Part shown: in pieces, positions 10,474 through 20,468 of the stretch
Position numbering within the stretch: position 1 is the stretch's first letter
Layout of the letters: each line of letters begins with the position of its first letter
Source: Escherichia coli
GTDB taxonomy: Bacteria > Pseudomonadota > Gammaproteobacteria > Enterobacterales > Enterobacteriaceae
NCBI RefSeq assembly: GCF_016026235.1
Contig: NZ_CP065613.1
Strand: one strand, 5' to 3'
Length of the DNA: 64,000 nt
The notes under the pieces: model-generated
Told to the model about the DNA's origin: nothing
The model's database searches: none
Seen by the model: only the letters and a program-made list of their open reading frames with translations
Position numbers and translations under genes: made by a program

Positions 10474-11523
10474 TTATTCCCTGATTCGGATGGTGATGGC
10501 GGGCGGTACTTTCGGCTGACCAATAAAGCTGGTTCTACCGAGGCGGGAGCTGGCCGGATCGCCAAGGCGCATCCCTTTAGCCTGCTGTGGTGCCAGGCAC
10601 AGCCGTAAATCCCAAGCAAACTGGTCGCGCAGAATAAAGGAAAGGAACATGGTCAGAGGCAGGTGATTTTCGCCATCGGGTAAAAATGAGAGATAACGCT
10701 CCCGCGACAGGTTGCCAATCTGCAACAGAAATTTTCCGCTGCGATCCGGCACCCGTGCGCCGAGGGTAAAATTAACGCCAAGTATGGAGCGTCCCGGAAT
10801 ATGTCCAGCCGTTTTTCCTTTCGGATTACGTACACCAAGCCGGTTCTGGTGTGCCGGATCAATGGCGACTTTACGCAGTTGCCAGCGTTCAATGGTGACA
10901 TCCGGCAAATCAAAACAGTGCGACACCAGATTACAGATAACCTCCGGCGCGCGGCCTGGTGTTGCCAGAATTCCGGCGTAAGCCAGCATTTTGCTGTGGT
11001 TAATGGCAAGCCTGTCGCGCACGCTCTGATTACCCAGCCCGACCAGCGCGTACATGCGCTGTGAAAAGGTGTCAGTGCCGCCATTACGAAAGCAGATGTA
11101 GTAGCGGTATTTGCGCCAGGCATGATAGGCAAACTGTGTCCAGCGGTGGCTGAACAGATCGAGAAATTCTTTAAGGCCGTCTTCGTTCTGTGCGGACTCC
11201 TGCGCCATCTGATCCAGATAATAGCCCGGTAGCGGCGACTGGCTGCCGGAAAAACCAAGGAACCGGGTTTGCAGTACATACTGTCCGTTCTGGCTACGGG
11301 AAAGCGCACTCAGGTCCGTACCCGGAAAACCGATACTGGCGTCAGAGCTGAAACGCACGATCTCCCGGGCAGGCTCGGTACGCAGGGAAATATCCTGGCC
11401 CGGAGCGCCATACCGACGGTACAGCGCCTCCATCAGCACATAGAAATTGCAGTTGCGCACATCCGCCGATAACGGCGGTTTTACCGCTATATAAGGGCGT
11501 GCTGACCCATTTTCTCCTGCCAT
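10474..11523 (-). CDS. tssG: TssG baseplate protein
   Basis: 349 aa; follows tssF in conserved tssE-tssF-tssG order. Confidence 0.7.
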   Translation of the reverse strand: MAGENGSARPYIAVKPPLSADVRNCNFYVLMEALYRRYGAPGQDISLRTEPAREIVRFSSDASIGFPGTDLSALSRSQNGQYVLQTRFLGFSGSQSPLPGYYLDQMAQESAQNEDGLKEFLDLFSHRWTQFAYHAWRKYRYYICFRNGGTDTFSQRMYALVGLGNQSVRDRLAINHSKMLAYAGILATPGRAPEVICNLVSHCFDLPDVTIERWQLRKVAIDPAHQNRLGVRNPKGKTAGHIPGRSILGVNFTLGARVPDRSGKFLLQIGNLSRERYLSFLPDGENHLPLTMFLSFILRDQFAWDLRLCLAPQQAKGMRLGDPASSRLGRTSFIGQPKVPPAITIRIRE

Positions 11524-13347
11524 TCCCAGGCCTCCTGACTTTCCGTGTTGATAATTTTCAGACAGTGGTACGAATTGATGCTGGCGTAGAGAGCAAAAAA
11601 GTGCGAGAGCACTGTACCAAGAAGATAAATTTCACCTTCGCAGATAAATGGATCGGGACGTATCCACAGCGTGGTCGCCAGCCCGCGAACCGGCACGCCT
11701 TTAAACAACCTGTCAACAGGTTTGGTTTCGAGTTTTTCTATGGCATCCAGTTTCTGGCGCGACAGTCTGGCCCGCTGCGGATGGTGAGCGCCTGGCAGGT
11801 CGAAGGTCCGCAGGATCTGGATCAGTGTCTCCCTGTCCAGCAGGGAGAGGTAGTTCAGGTTCATCGCGGAAATCAGCGACCAGTGCATGTCAGCCGTCCG
11901 TGACTGGCCAGAGCGGCTGCGTTGGGCGTGTGACATTATGAAATGAGGCCACCGCCGGGTTTTTGTTGACGGCCACGCAGATATCGCCGATATGCAGCCG
12001 AGCAGGGATCATACGGTTGGTACAGATTAATGACGTGGTGATCACATCATCATTAAACCGTGAGCTGTCCGGAATGCTGCCGTCCGCATGGACAAAGGCG
12101 ATACTATGTTCAAGCCCGCGGTGAAACAGGGATGTTTTAGTCCGGTGATGCCAGTAGACGACTTCCCGCTGGCGGCTGTACTCCATCTGGTGCTGGAAAC
12201 TTTCAAATTCGGGCCAGACACGCGCCTGGCTGCCAGGGTTGGATTCAGTACCTGAAACTTTGACTTTGCTGGTGACTGTGCTTATCTGAAAAATGTCATA
12301 AGCGTCGGGATGCCGGTGGCTGGCGCGCAGCGGGTATTCCGCTATCCGTCCATCAGGCCTGACGGGTTCCGCATAATGCGTAAACAGGTTAATGGCTGGC
12401 GTACAGTGCAGACGCAGTGAGTCCTGGCGTAGCTTGATGTCGGCAGGTAACGGGCGGTTAAAGTGCAGGCGCAGCGTAAACGCGCTGACCGAGAAATCGT
12501 CCGGTAGTGGCGCAACATCGCGCAGATGGAAAAAAAAGAAGGCTTCGGGATAGCAGAAATACTCCTGGAGTACCCGATAGCCGCTGTGGACATTTTTCGG
12601 CCACGGTAGCAGGGCGTCCTGGTTTTCAAATCCGGCGGCCTCCAGCCACAGATCCGGCAGCGGCAGGCGGTACTCTCCGGCAATCAGTTCCGCATCCATC
12701 AGGCATTCGCAAAACCACAGATAAAGCTGGTGTCGGGTATAATCGTCTTCATTACCCAGCCAGAACGTTATTTTGTTCAGGTCAAGCATGGCGGGGGAGA
12801 CATTGTTATCTGCGGTAAAACTGATATCTATGATGCCTTCTTTCAGGCTGCTGGCGTTGCGGGTGTCGAGAATGCGCAGTGGTTGCAGCCAGATATCGCG
12901 CGCCAGCGTGAAATGACAGGCTACGGAAGAAACGATTTTATCATGATTGTCAGACAGCACCTTCTGAGCAGCCAGGGCGGACTTTTCTGAGCGGCTTCTG
13001 ATCAGTTCATTACGGCAGACTTGAACAGGGACTTTTAACTGATCGGTTTTGGGTTCATAGGCAATAACCGTCATGGCCGGAACTGGGCGTAAATAGTTTG
13101 CCCACAGCATACGGATTAGCCCATGGGTGAATTCGGGGAATTCGTCCTCAAGTTTCTGACGCAGGCTACCGGACATAAAGGCAAAGGCTTCCATCAGGCG
13201 CTCCACGTCCGGATCACCCTCTTTCTCGGCCAGAAAGTGGGCCAGATGTGGTTTTTCCTGCGCCAGCAGTTTGCCAAGCTGGCGAAGATAATCCAGCTCT
13301 TCGCGGTAGTAACGTTCTTCAAAAGCCACAGAGATCACTCCACACAA
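11487..13347 (-). CDS. tssF: TssF baseplate protein, apparently frameshifted (two overlapping ORFs 11890..13347 and 11487..11936)
   Basis: The 485 aa and 149 aa ORFs together give about 620 aa, the normal TssF size; the C-terminal piece carries the conserved TssF C-terminus (NLNYLSLLDRETL...). Frames differ by one nucleotide within 11890-11950. Confidence 0.6.
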
Positions 13348-13760
13348 TAGCGTTGATGATTGTCCAGCAAAATGTCAAATTCAAACACTCCCCAGGTTTC
13401 GCTGACATCGACCGTAGCCACAATATGAAAACGTAGTTCCACAGGGGCGTATTCATCCGGTGCCGCAGCCGTAACAACAACATCGGTAATACGAGGTTCG
13501 TAATGTAAAATGCACTGGCTAATGGACTTACGGATTTCTCGTCTGAAATCGCTGGAGGCCAGCGATTCATCATTTAAATCAGTAATCCCCAGCTCTGGTG
13601 AGCCATAACAACTGCCGGAGCGGGTATTCAGGACCTGTTGCAGGTTACGTCTGATGGAACGTATCAGTGCTTCTTTTGGATTCTGGTATGAAGGCGGGTT
13701 GGCCGCCTCACGGATACGTTCAAAAAGACTGCTGGTTGGCCCTGAATCCCGTCTTTGCAT
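13335..13760 (-). CDS. tssE: TssE (gp25-like) baseplate protein
   Basis: 141 aa; gp25/lysozyme-like family size and position after tssC. Confidence 0.75.
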   Translation of the reverse strand: MQRRDSGPTSSLFERIREAANPPSYQNPKEALIRSIRRNLQQVLNTRSGSCYGSPELGITDLNDESLASSDFRREIRKSISQCILHYEPRITDVVVTAAAPDEYAPVELRFHIVATVDVSETWGVFEFDILLDNHQRYCVE

Positions 13761-13764
13761 CTGA

Positions 13765-15249
13765 TTATTCCTTATCCAGTCGTCCGACCAGACTCAGGTC
13801 GAAACTGGCACCCATGTATTTAAAATGCGGTCTGACAGAAATCGCGACCTGGTACCAGCCTGGCTCACCATCCACATCAAGTACCTCGATCTTCGCCTGA
13901 CGTAATGGCCGGTGGCTGCGGACTTCGGCAGGCGGATTCTCCTGGTCGGCCACATACTGGCGAATCCAGGTGTTCAGCTCGCGCTCCAGGTCACTGCGTT
14001 CTTTCCATGAGCCAAGCTGTTCGCGCTGAATTACCTTGATGTAATGCGCTAACCTACTGATAACAAATAAGTATGGCAGCTGGGTGCCGAGTTTATAGTT
14101 GGTCTCCGCAGCCTTGCCTTCGGGGGTTTTGGGGAATGTTTTGGGTTTCTGCACCGAGTTGGCCGAGAAAAAGCACGCATTATCAGACCCTTTACGCATG
14201 GTCAGTGTGATAAAGCCTTCTTCCGCCAGCTCATACTCTCTCCGGTCAGTGATCAACACTTCAGTCGGAATTTTTGCCTGCATTTGCCCCATGGATTCAT
14301 ACAGATGCACCGGGAGGTCTTTGACTGCGCCGCCGCTGGAAGGGCCAATGATATTGGGACACCAGCGATATTTAGCAAAACTTTCAGCCAGGTTCGCAGC
14401 TAGTAAAAACGAGGTGTTCCCCCACAAATAAGACTCGTGACTCTGGCTGACGTCTTCATGGTAACGGAAGGTCCTGGCTGGGTTCTCATCCGGCGAGTAA
14501 GGGTGACGCAGCAGGAACCGGGGGGCGGTCAGCCCCAGGTAGCGTGAATCTTCTGATTCACGCAAGGCACGCCAGCGGGAATAGGCCGGGCCTTCAAAGA
14601 TGGCTCCTGGTTCTTTAATCCCCGGTAACTCTGTCCATGAGTCCAGACCGAAAAATTCGGATGATACTGATGAGAGGAACGGGCTGTGCGCCATCGCACT
14701 GACCTGGCTGATATATTTCAGCAACTTCATATCCGGCGTGGTGTTCTTAAAGGCAAAGTTGCCGATTACCGCCGCCACTGGCTCACCGCCAAATTGTCCG
14801 TAACCGCTTGAATATACATGTTTGTAATATGCAGACTGCGTGATTTCAGGTGCAAATTCGAAATCATCCAGCAGTTCTTCCTGAGTGACATTCAGGAAAT
14901 GGACCTTGATGTTTTCCCGTGTATCCGCGCGTTCAACCAGCAGCTTCAGCGAGCGCAGCAGGGATTCCAGTTCCTGAAACTCCGGGGCGTGAATAATGGC
15001 ATCCATCTGCCTGCTGGTTCGGGCATCAATATCAGCAATCATGGCGTCAACGGCCAGGATATTGATAGGTTCAGCGCTACTGTCACCCTGTAACATGGCG
15101 GCAATAAAGGCGCTCACGCCCTGGCGGGTGATATCGTAGCTTTCTGATTTAGGCTGGACGCGTGTTTGCGCCATGATTTCATCAAGCAGAGATGGGGGCG
15201 CGGCGGTTTGCGACGCGCTGACGGGAGCAATATCTTCCTTTACTGACAT
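13765..15249 (-). CDS. tssC: TssC (VipB) sheath large subunit
   Basis: 494 aa, highly conserved sheath protein sequence. Confidence 0.9.
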   Translation of the reverse strand: MSVKEDIAPVSASQTAAPPSLLDEIMAQTRVQPKSESYDITRQGVSAFIAAMLQGDSSAEPINILAVDAMIADIDARTSRQMDAIIHAPEFQELESLLRSLKLLVERADTRENIKVHFLNVTQEELLDDFEFAPEITQSAYYKHVYSSGYGQFGGEPVAAVIGNFAFKNTTPDMKLLKYISQVSAMAHSPFLSSVSSEFFGLDSWTELPGIKEPGAIFEGPAYSRWRALRESEDSRYLGLTAPRFLLRHPYSPDENPARTFRYHEDVSQSHESYLWGNTSFLLAANLAESFAKYRWCPNIIGPSSGGAVKDLPVHLYESMGQMQAKIPTEVLITDRREYELAEEGFITLTMRKGSDNACFFSANSVQKPKTFPKTPEGKAAETNYKLGTQLPYLFVISRLAHYIKVIQREQLGSWKERSDLERELNTWIRQYVADQENPPAEVRSHRPLRQAKIEVLDVDGEPGWYQVAISVRPHFKYMGASFDLSLVGRLDKE

Positions 15250-15271
15250 ACTGAAAATCCTTCTGTGAAAA

Positions 15272-15775
15272 TTATTTCTGAACGGCGATACCCAGTTCTT
15301 GGATCAGCTGCTCGCGGCTGTCTTCGTTTTCCAGTAGCGCCTGAAGTTGTGCGCGGAAGGCCGGAATATTGCCTAGTGGAGACTTAAGTGCGACCAGAGC
15401 TTCACGCAATTCGAGAAGACGTTTTATTTCTGGTACCTGGCTGGCAATATGGTCCGGAGAAAGGTCATCCATAGATTTGACTTTCAGGTTGACGTACATT
15501 TGCTCATTGGGAGCGTCACTGAGTTCAGCCGGAACAACAAACTCCCGTTCAATGTCAGCTTCTGAAATGACTGCGTTGAGGTTATAGCGGTTGATAGCAA
15601 TGGCAGTTCGCTCGTCCAACGGCGTGTTATCTGGTTTCCCTTTCAGATTGCCGGTGATCAATAAATTCAGCGGCAATTCGATATCAGCAGCCACCCCATC
15701 AACTTTTGGTGTATACCGAACGCTGATTCTTTCTTTCGGCGCGACACTGCCGCCATTGTTGTTCATTTTGCTCAT
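15272..15775 (-). CDS. tssB: TssB (VipA) sheath small subunit
   Basis: 167 aa; conserved TssB sequence, immediately upstream of tssC. Confidence 0.85.
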   Translation of the reverse strand: MSKMNNNGGSVAPKERISVRYTPKVDGVAADIELPLNLLITGNLKGKPDNTPLDERTAIAINRYNLNAVISEADIEREFVVPAELSDAPNEQMYVNLKVKSMDDLSPDHIASQVPEIKRLLELREALVALKSPLGNIPAFRAQLQALLENEDSREQLIQELGIAVQK

Positions 15776-16476
15776 AAAAATGTTCCCGTTCAGGCCATGA
15801 GCACAGCATTTTCGTACTGCATAAAAATACCGAAGATACCGTTTCAGTGGCAGTTAGATAATGTAACCTTCCTTCTGTTGTGATCAGTATTCTACTCATG
15901 AAATAAAATATTAAAAGAACTATTTATATTTTAGAAAGAGATGTATTCTTCCTTGCTAATATATTATAGTGAAATAAATTTTGGTATTTATAGACTTGGT
16001 GAATATGATTTTACGGTCAATAAAATACCATAATATATTGATTTATATGCATTTATTAAATTGATTAATAAGTTTTATGTATGGTTTTATCAATTAATTA
16101 ATTGCTAGCAATACATCATAAGGAATTCCTTTAAGGAATGTCTTAATTGCGTGCTGGAACGATGGCGGAGTAAGTGTCGTAATAATTTGTTTTTGACGCG
16201 GCTGTGGATTTTTATGGGGGGGAGATACGTTATGGATAATTGTGCTGTTGAAGTTGATATATTTTTAGCTTATGTGACCGTGTTCTGAAATTGACTAAAA
16301 ATATATTTAAACACCATAAAAGAGTTTTTCAGTAGGTGCTAATTACGTGTGCCTGTAACTCGAATAAAGAAAAGGGTGTGGTTCCTGATGTGAGCCGCAT
16401 CACACTCTAACCCGTCGGGGATTAACGACGGGTTGTTCGTAAAACAGCAGTTGATAATTTCACAAGGAGTTCATAA
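15776..16476. promoter_or_regulatory. AT-rich divergent intergenic region between tssB and hcp (candidate promoters / nucleoid-protein silencing region)
   Basis: About 700 bp, extremely AT-rich with phased A/T tracts, no ORF of 60 aa or more; flanked by divergent tssB operon and hcp. Confidence 0.4.
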
Positions 16477-16995
16477 ATGCCAACCCCATGTTACATTTCA
16501 ATTACAGGTCAGACCCAGGGGAACATCACTGCCGGTGCTTTCACCGCAGATTCTGTCGGCAATATCTACGTGCAGGGACACGAAGATGAAATGCTGGTGC
16601 AGGAGTTTCTGCATAACGTTACTGTTCCAACCGATCCACAGTCTGGTCAACCTTCCGGGCAGCGCGCGCACAAACCGTTCATTTTCACCGTGGCGCTGAA
16701 CAAAGCCGTTCCGCTGCTGTACAACGCGCTGGCCTCCGGTGAAATGCTGCCGAAAGTGGAGCTGCACTGGTGGCGTACTTCAGTTGAAGGCAAGCAGGAG
16801 CACTACTTCACCACACGTCTTACTGACGCGACGATTGTGGACATGAACCTGCACATGCCGCACTGCCAGGACCCTGCACAGCGTGAGTTTACGCAATTGC
16901 TCGCAGTATCACTGGCATACCGTAAGGTTGAGTGGGAGCACATCAAATCCGGTACTTCTGGTGCCGATGACTGGCGTGCACCGCTGGAAGCATAA
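16477..16995 (+). CDS. hcp: Hcp (TssD) T6SS tube protein
   Basis: 172 aa; MPTPCYISITGQTQGNITAGAFTADSVGNIYVQGHEDEMLVQEF typical Hcp. Confidence 0.9.
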   Translation: MPTPCYISITGQTQGNITAGAFTADSVGNIYVQGHEDEMLVQEFLHNVTVPTDPQSGQPSGQRAHKPFIFTVALNKAVPLLYNALASGEMLPKVELHWWRTSVEGKQEHYFTTRLTDATIVDMNLHMPHCQDPAQREFTQLLAVSLAYRKVEWEHIKSGTSGADDWRAPLEA

Positions 16996-17003
16996 ATCTG
17001 AGT

Positions 17004-17041
17004 CAACAACATCCTGCCTTCGTGCAGGATGTTGTTTTTGT
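17004..17041 (+). terminator. Rho-independent terminator after hcp
   Basis: Inverted repeat CAACAACATCCTGC / GCAGGATGTTGTT followed by TTTTTG, 9 nt after hcp stop. Confidence 0.6.
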
Positions 17042-17215
17042 ACGTGTAAAAAATGAGTGTCAGTAAGGAGTTACGCTTTCATGAGGGAGATGGCGGATGC
17101 CGGAAACCCGGGCGGTAGCGTACCTGAAAATGTAAAGATGAGTGTAACGCTGCACTGGCACCCTTTGCTGCATGGTGAGAATCATTTGGTCCGTGAATAA
17201 ATCAGGGAGGTCATT

Positions 17216-19615
17216 ATGTCCTTAAAAGGTCTGCGCTTTACGCTGGAGGCTGACGGCCAGGAGCCGGACACCTTTGCAGTGGTGAATTTCAGGTTAATCC
17301 AGAACCAGTCTTATCCGTTTGTGATGAGTGTGGATGTTGCCAGCGACTCTTTTATGCAGACGGCGGAGATGCTGCTGGAGAAGAAGGCGACGCTGACCAT
17401 CTGGCAGGGCGTCATCCCGCTGCGTTATGTTACCGGCGTGGTGGCGGGCTTTGGCATGCAGGAGAACAATGGCTGGCAGATGCGTTACCACCTGCGTATT
17501 GAGCCGCCGTTATGGCGGTGCGGGCTGCGGCAGAATTTCCGTATCTTCCAGCAGCAGGATATCCGGACGATATCGGCCACGTTACTGAACGAGAACGGCG
17601 TCACGGAGTGGACGCCGCTGTTTTATGAGGACCATCCGGCGCGGGAGTTCTGTGTGCAGTACGGGGAGTCGGACCTGGCGTTTCTGTCCCGGCTGTGGGC
17701 GGAGGAGGGAATTTTCTTCTTTGAGCGGTTTGCGGCGGACAGTCCGGAGCAGAAGCTGACGCTGTGCGACGATGTGGCGGGGCTGTCACAGGCGGGAGAG
17801 CTTCCGTTTAACCCGGACACATCGGCAGGAGCGGAGACAGAGTGTGTCAGTATGTTCCGTTATGAGGCGTATGTCCGCCCGTCGTCGGTGCAGAGCCAGG
17901 ATTACACGTTTAAGGTGCCGGACTGGCCGGGGATGTATGAGCAGCAGGGTGAGAACCTGAACGGACAGCTGGCGCAGTACGAGATATTTGATTATCCGGG
18001 AAGGTTCAAGGATGAGCAGCACGGCAAGGATTTCACGCTGTACCAGATGGAGAGCCTGCGCAGTGATGCGGAAAAGGCCACAGGGCAGAGTAATTCGCCG
18101 AGGCTGTGGCCGGGAACGCGGTTTACGCTGACGGGGCATCCGCAGAAGATGCTGAACCGTGAATGGCAGGTGGTACAGAGCATTCTGTCAGGAAACCAGC
18201 CGCAGGCGCTGCACGGCAGCCAGGGAAAGGGAACCACACTGGGAAATCAGTTAGAGGTGATACCGGCGGACCGGACGTGGCGTCCACGGCTGCAAAGCAA
18301 ACCGAAGGTGGACGGGCCACAGAGCGCCATTGTCACCGGGCCTGCGGGAGAGGAAATCTTCTGCGATGAACATGGCCGGGTACGGGTGAAGTTCCACTGG
18401 GACCGTTATCACGGGATGACGGAGGCGAGTTCATGCTGGGTGCGGGTATCGCAGGCGTGGGCGGGGCCGGGGTTTGGTAACCTGGCGATACCGCGGGTGG
18501 GCCAGGAGGTGATTGTTGATTTTCTGAACGGAGACCCGGACCAGCCGCTGGTCATGGGCCGGACGCACCATGAGGACAACCGTTCGCCGGGCGACCTGCC
18601 GGGAACGAAGACGCAGATGACCATCCGGTCGAAGACCTATAAAGGAAGCGGATTTAACGAACTGCGCTTCGAGGACGCCACCAGTAATGAGCAGGTGTAT
18701 ATCCATGCGCAGAAGAACATGGATACGGAGGTGCTCAACGACCGGACAACGGATGTGAAACATGACCATACGGAAACCATCGGTAACGACCAGAAGATAA
18801 CGGTGGTGAAGGGTCAGACGGTTCAGGTCGGTACAAAAAAAGAGGGGGGCCACGACCAGAGTATCACGGTGGCGAACGACCGGCGTATCACGGTACGTAA
18901 TGACCAGACTCTGAAGGTGACGAATGACCGGACGGTGAGCGTGAGTCACGATGACGGTCTGTACGTCAGAAACGACCGTAAAGTGACGGTGGAAGGGAAG
19001 CAGGAGCATAAGACGACGGGGAACCATATCAGTCTGGTGGAGGGGAAACACAGCCTGGTGGTGAAGGGGGACCTGGCGGAGAAGGTGAGTGGCGCGCTGG
19101 GGATAAAAGTGGACGGGGATATCGTGCTGGAGAGCAGCAGCCGGATAAGCCTGAAGGTGGGTGGCTCGTTTATCGTCATTCAGCCGGGCGGAGTGGATAT
19201 TGCCGGGCCGAAGATAAACCTGAACGGTGGGGGCAGTGCGGGGACACCGGTGGGGACGATGCAGCCGGCGGTGCTGGAGGCTCCGGAGGATGAGAGCAGT
19301 GATGATGGCAGTGATGACTCCGGAGAGGATAGTGGCAATCCCGCAGGGAGTGACGGAGGAGGTGATGGCGGTGACGATGAAGATGATCCTGAAAAATATA
19401 CCCTCCAGTTCCATTTTACGGACGATGACGGGATACCGTATTCAGAGACGCAGTATATTGCCTTTTTTGAGGATGGCACACAGACGCGTGGTGAAACAGA
19501 CAGAGAGGGATATACAGAAATATTTTATACAGATACAGCACAGGAAATTAAAGTCCAATTGTTATTTTCGGATGCTTTTTATATTGAGCCGGAGGGGCAT
19601 TATGGCAGGGAATAA
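17216..19615 (+). CDS. vgrG: VgrG (TssI) spike protein with acidic C-terminal extension
   Basis: 799 aa; gp27/gp5-like body, repeated RNDxT/V-type beta-helix motifs, C-terminal acidic linker (DDGSDDSGED...GGDDEDD) plus about 70 aa tail. Confidence 0.9.
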   Translation: MSLKGLRFTLEADGQEPDTFAVVNFRLIQNQSYPFVMSVDVASDSFMQTAEMLLEKKATLTIWQGVIPLRYVTGVVAGFGMQENNGWQMRYHLRIEPPLWRCGLRQNFRIFQQQDIRTISATLLNENGVTEWTPLFYEDHPAREFCVQYGESDLAFLSRLWAEEGIFFFERFAADSPEQKLTLCDDVAGLSQAGELPFNPDTSAGAETECVSMFRYEAYVRPSSVQSQDYTFKVPDWPGMYEQQGENLNGQLAQYEIFDYPGRFKDEQHGKDFTLYQMESLRSDAEKATGQSNSPRLWPGTRFTLTGHPQKMLNREWQVVQSILSGNQPQALHGSQGKGTTLGNQLEVIPADRTWRPRLQSKPKVDGPQSAIVTGPAGEEIFCDEHGRVRVKFHWDRYHGMTEASSCWVRVSQAWAGPGFGNLAIPRVGQEVIVDFLNGDPDQPLVMGRTHHEDNRSPGDLPGTKTQMTIRSKTYKGSGFNELRFEDATSNEQVYIHAQKNMDTEVLNDRTTDVKHDHTETIGNDQKITVVKGQTVQVGTKKEGGHDQSITVANDRRITVRNDQTLKVTNDRTVSVSHDDGLYVRNDRKVTVEGKQEHKTTGNHISLVEGKHSLVVKGDLAEKVSGALGIKVDGDIVLESSSRISLKVGGSFIVIQPGGVDIAGPKINLNGGGSAGTPVGTMQPAVLEAPEDESSDDGSDDSGEDSGNPAGSDGGGDGGDDEDDPEKYTLQFHFTDDDGIPYSETQYIAFFEDGTQTRGETDREGYTEIFYTDTAQEIKVQLLFSDAFYIEPEGHYGRE

Positions 19616-20405
19616 TAATACTAGTGGGACTTCACAACCCGAGTCGCAAGTATGTGTAGTACCGCAAAAAATTACAAATAAATTTAAAATAATGATGAGT
19701 AAGGCTTGTAAAGCACAGAAAATGGTTTTATTGAAAAGAGCAGATGATATTATGTCATGGGAGGGGGAACAACAACGAGATTTTATTAAAGTTTTTGGCC
19801 TTAAAGGCGAGGACATTATAAAAATCAGAAAGGTTGGGGAAGATACTGGGAAACGAATGCAAGCGAGACTATTCATAATGGATGGCATCAGACGAATAAT
19901 GACGATTGCAAATGGTTTGACGATCGAAAGCTATAAAGATTATACGAACTGCAATGAATTTGCTGCTTTTATTAGTCCACATCTTGATCCTCCTTACATT
20001 GTAAATATCGGAGCGCATTTTGAATACAGACATGGTATAAAACAGTCGGTTACAGGTAGAGACTCTCATGTAAGTACACTTTGCCATGAAATGTCCCATA
20101 TATTTTGGTATTGGGGTGACAATCAAAAAGGTGGTATGTGGACTCAGGATTATACGGGTATTAATAAGTTCGCAACAAGTAATAAGGATGAAGTTAGCTA
20201 TGAGAAACATGTTTCAGTGGCTAATGATCTGGTTACATTGCGTAAAGATCAGTTATTTGAGAATGCATATAATGTTGAAAGATATTTTTATATAAAATTA
20301 AATGATGAAGATATTGAAGCTCAAGATGAGAATATGTTAGCAAAAAAAGTAGAGGATAAAATAAAAGAGATAGAAAAATGTTTTGATGAGTTGATGGGGA
20401 AATAA
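19602..20405 (+). CDS. Putative VgrG-associated effector, zincin-like metallopeptidase candidate (HExxH)
   Basis: ATG at 19602 overlaps vgrG stop by 14 nt (track ORF 19227..20405 begins inside vgrG). AT-rich; motif STLCHEMSHIFWYWGD...WTQDYTG (HExxH plus a downstream Asp). Confidence 0.45.
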   Translation: MAGNNNTSGTSQPESQVCVVPQKITNKFKIMMSKACKAQKMVLLKRADDIMSWEGEQQRDFIKVFGLKGEDIIKIRKVGEDTGKRMQARLFIMDGIRRIMTIANGLTIESYKDYTNCNEFAAFISPHLDPPYIVNIGAHFEYRHGIKQSVTGRDSHVSTLCHEMSHIFWYWGDNQKGGMWTQDYTGINKFATSNKDEVSYEKHVSVANDLVTLRKDQLFENAYNVERYFYIKLNDEDIEAQDENMLAKKVEDKIKEIEKCFDELMGK

Positions 20406-20468
20406 GATGAAGAGGTTGGCTTTCTATAATCTAAATTATGTTGTACTGATGGTTTTTTTCTTTGTTTT

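Noticed and set aside
17140-17170. TGGCACC...GCTGCA sigma-54-like motif upstream of vgrG
   Set aside because: GG to GC spacing is not the required 10 nt and the -12 element is poor; no sigma-54 activator in the T6SS cluster.
18431-19414. 327 aa minus-strand ORF
   Set aside because: Antisense to the well-supported vgrG gene; biased composition (Arg/His/Leu-rich) typical of a GC-rich antisense frame.
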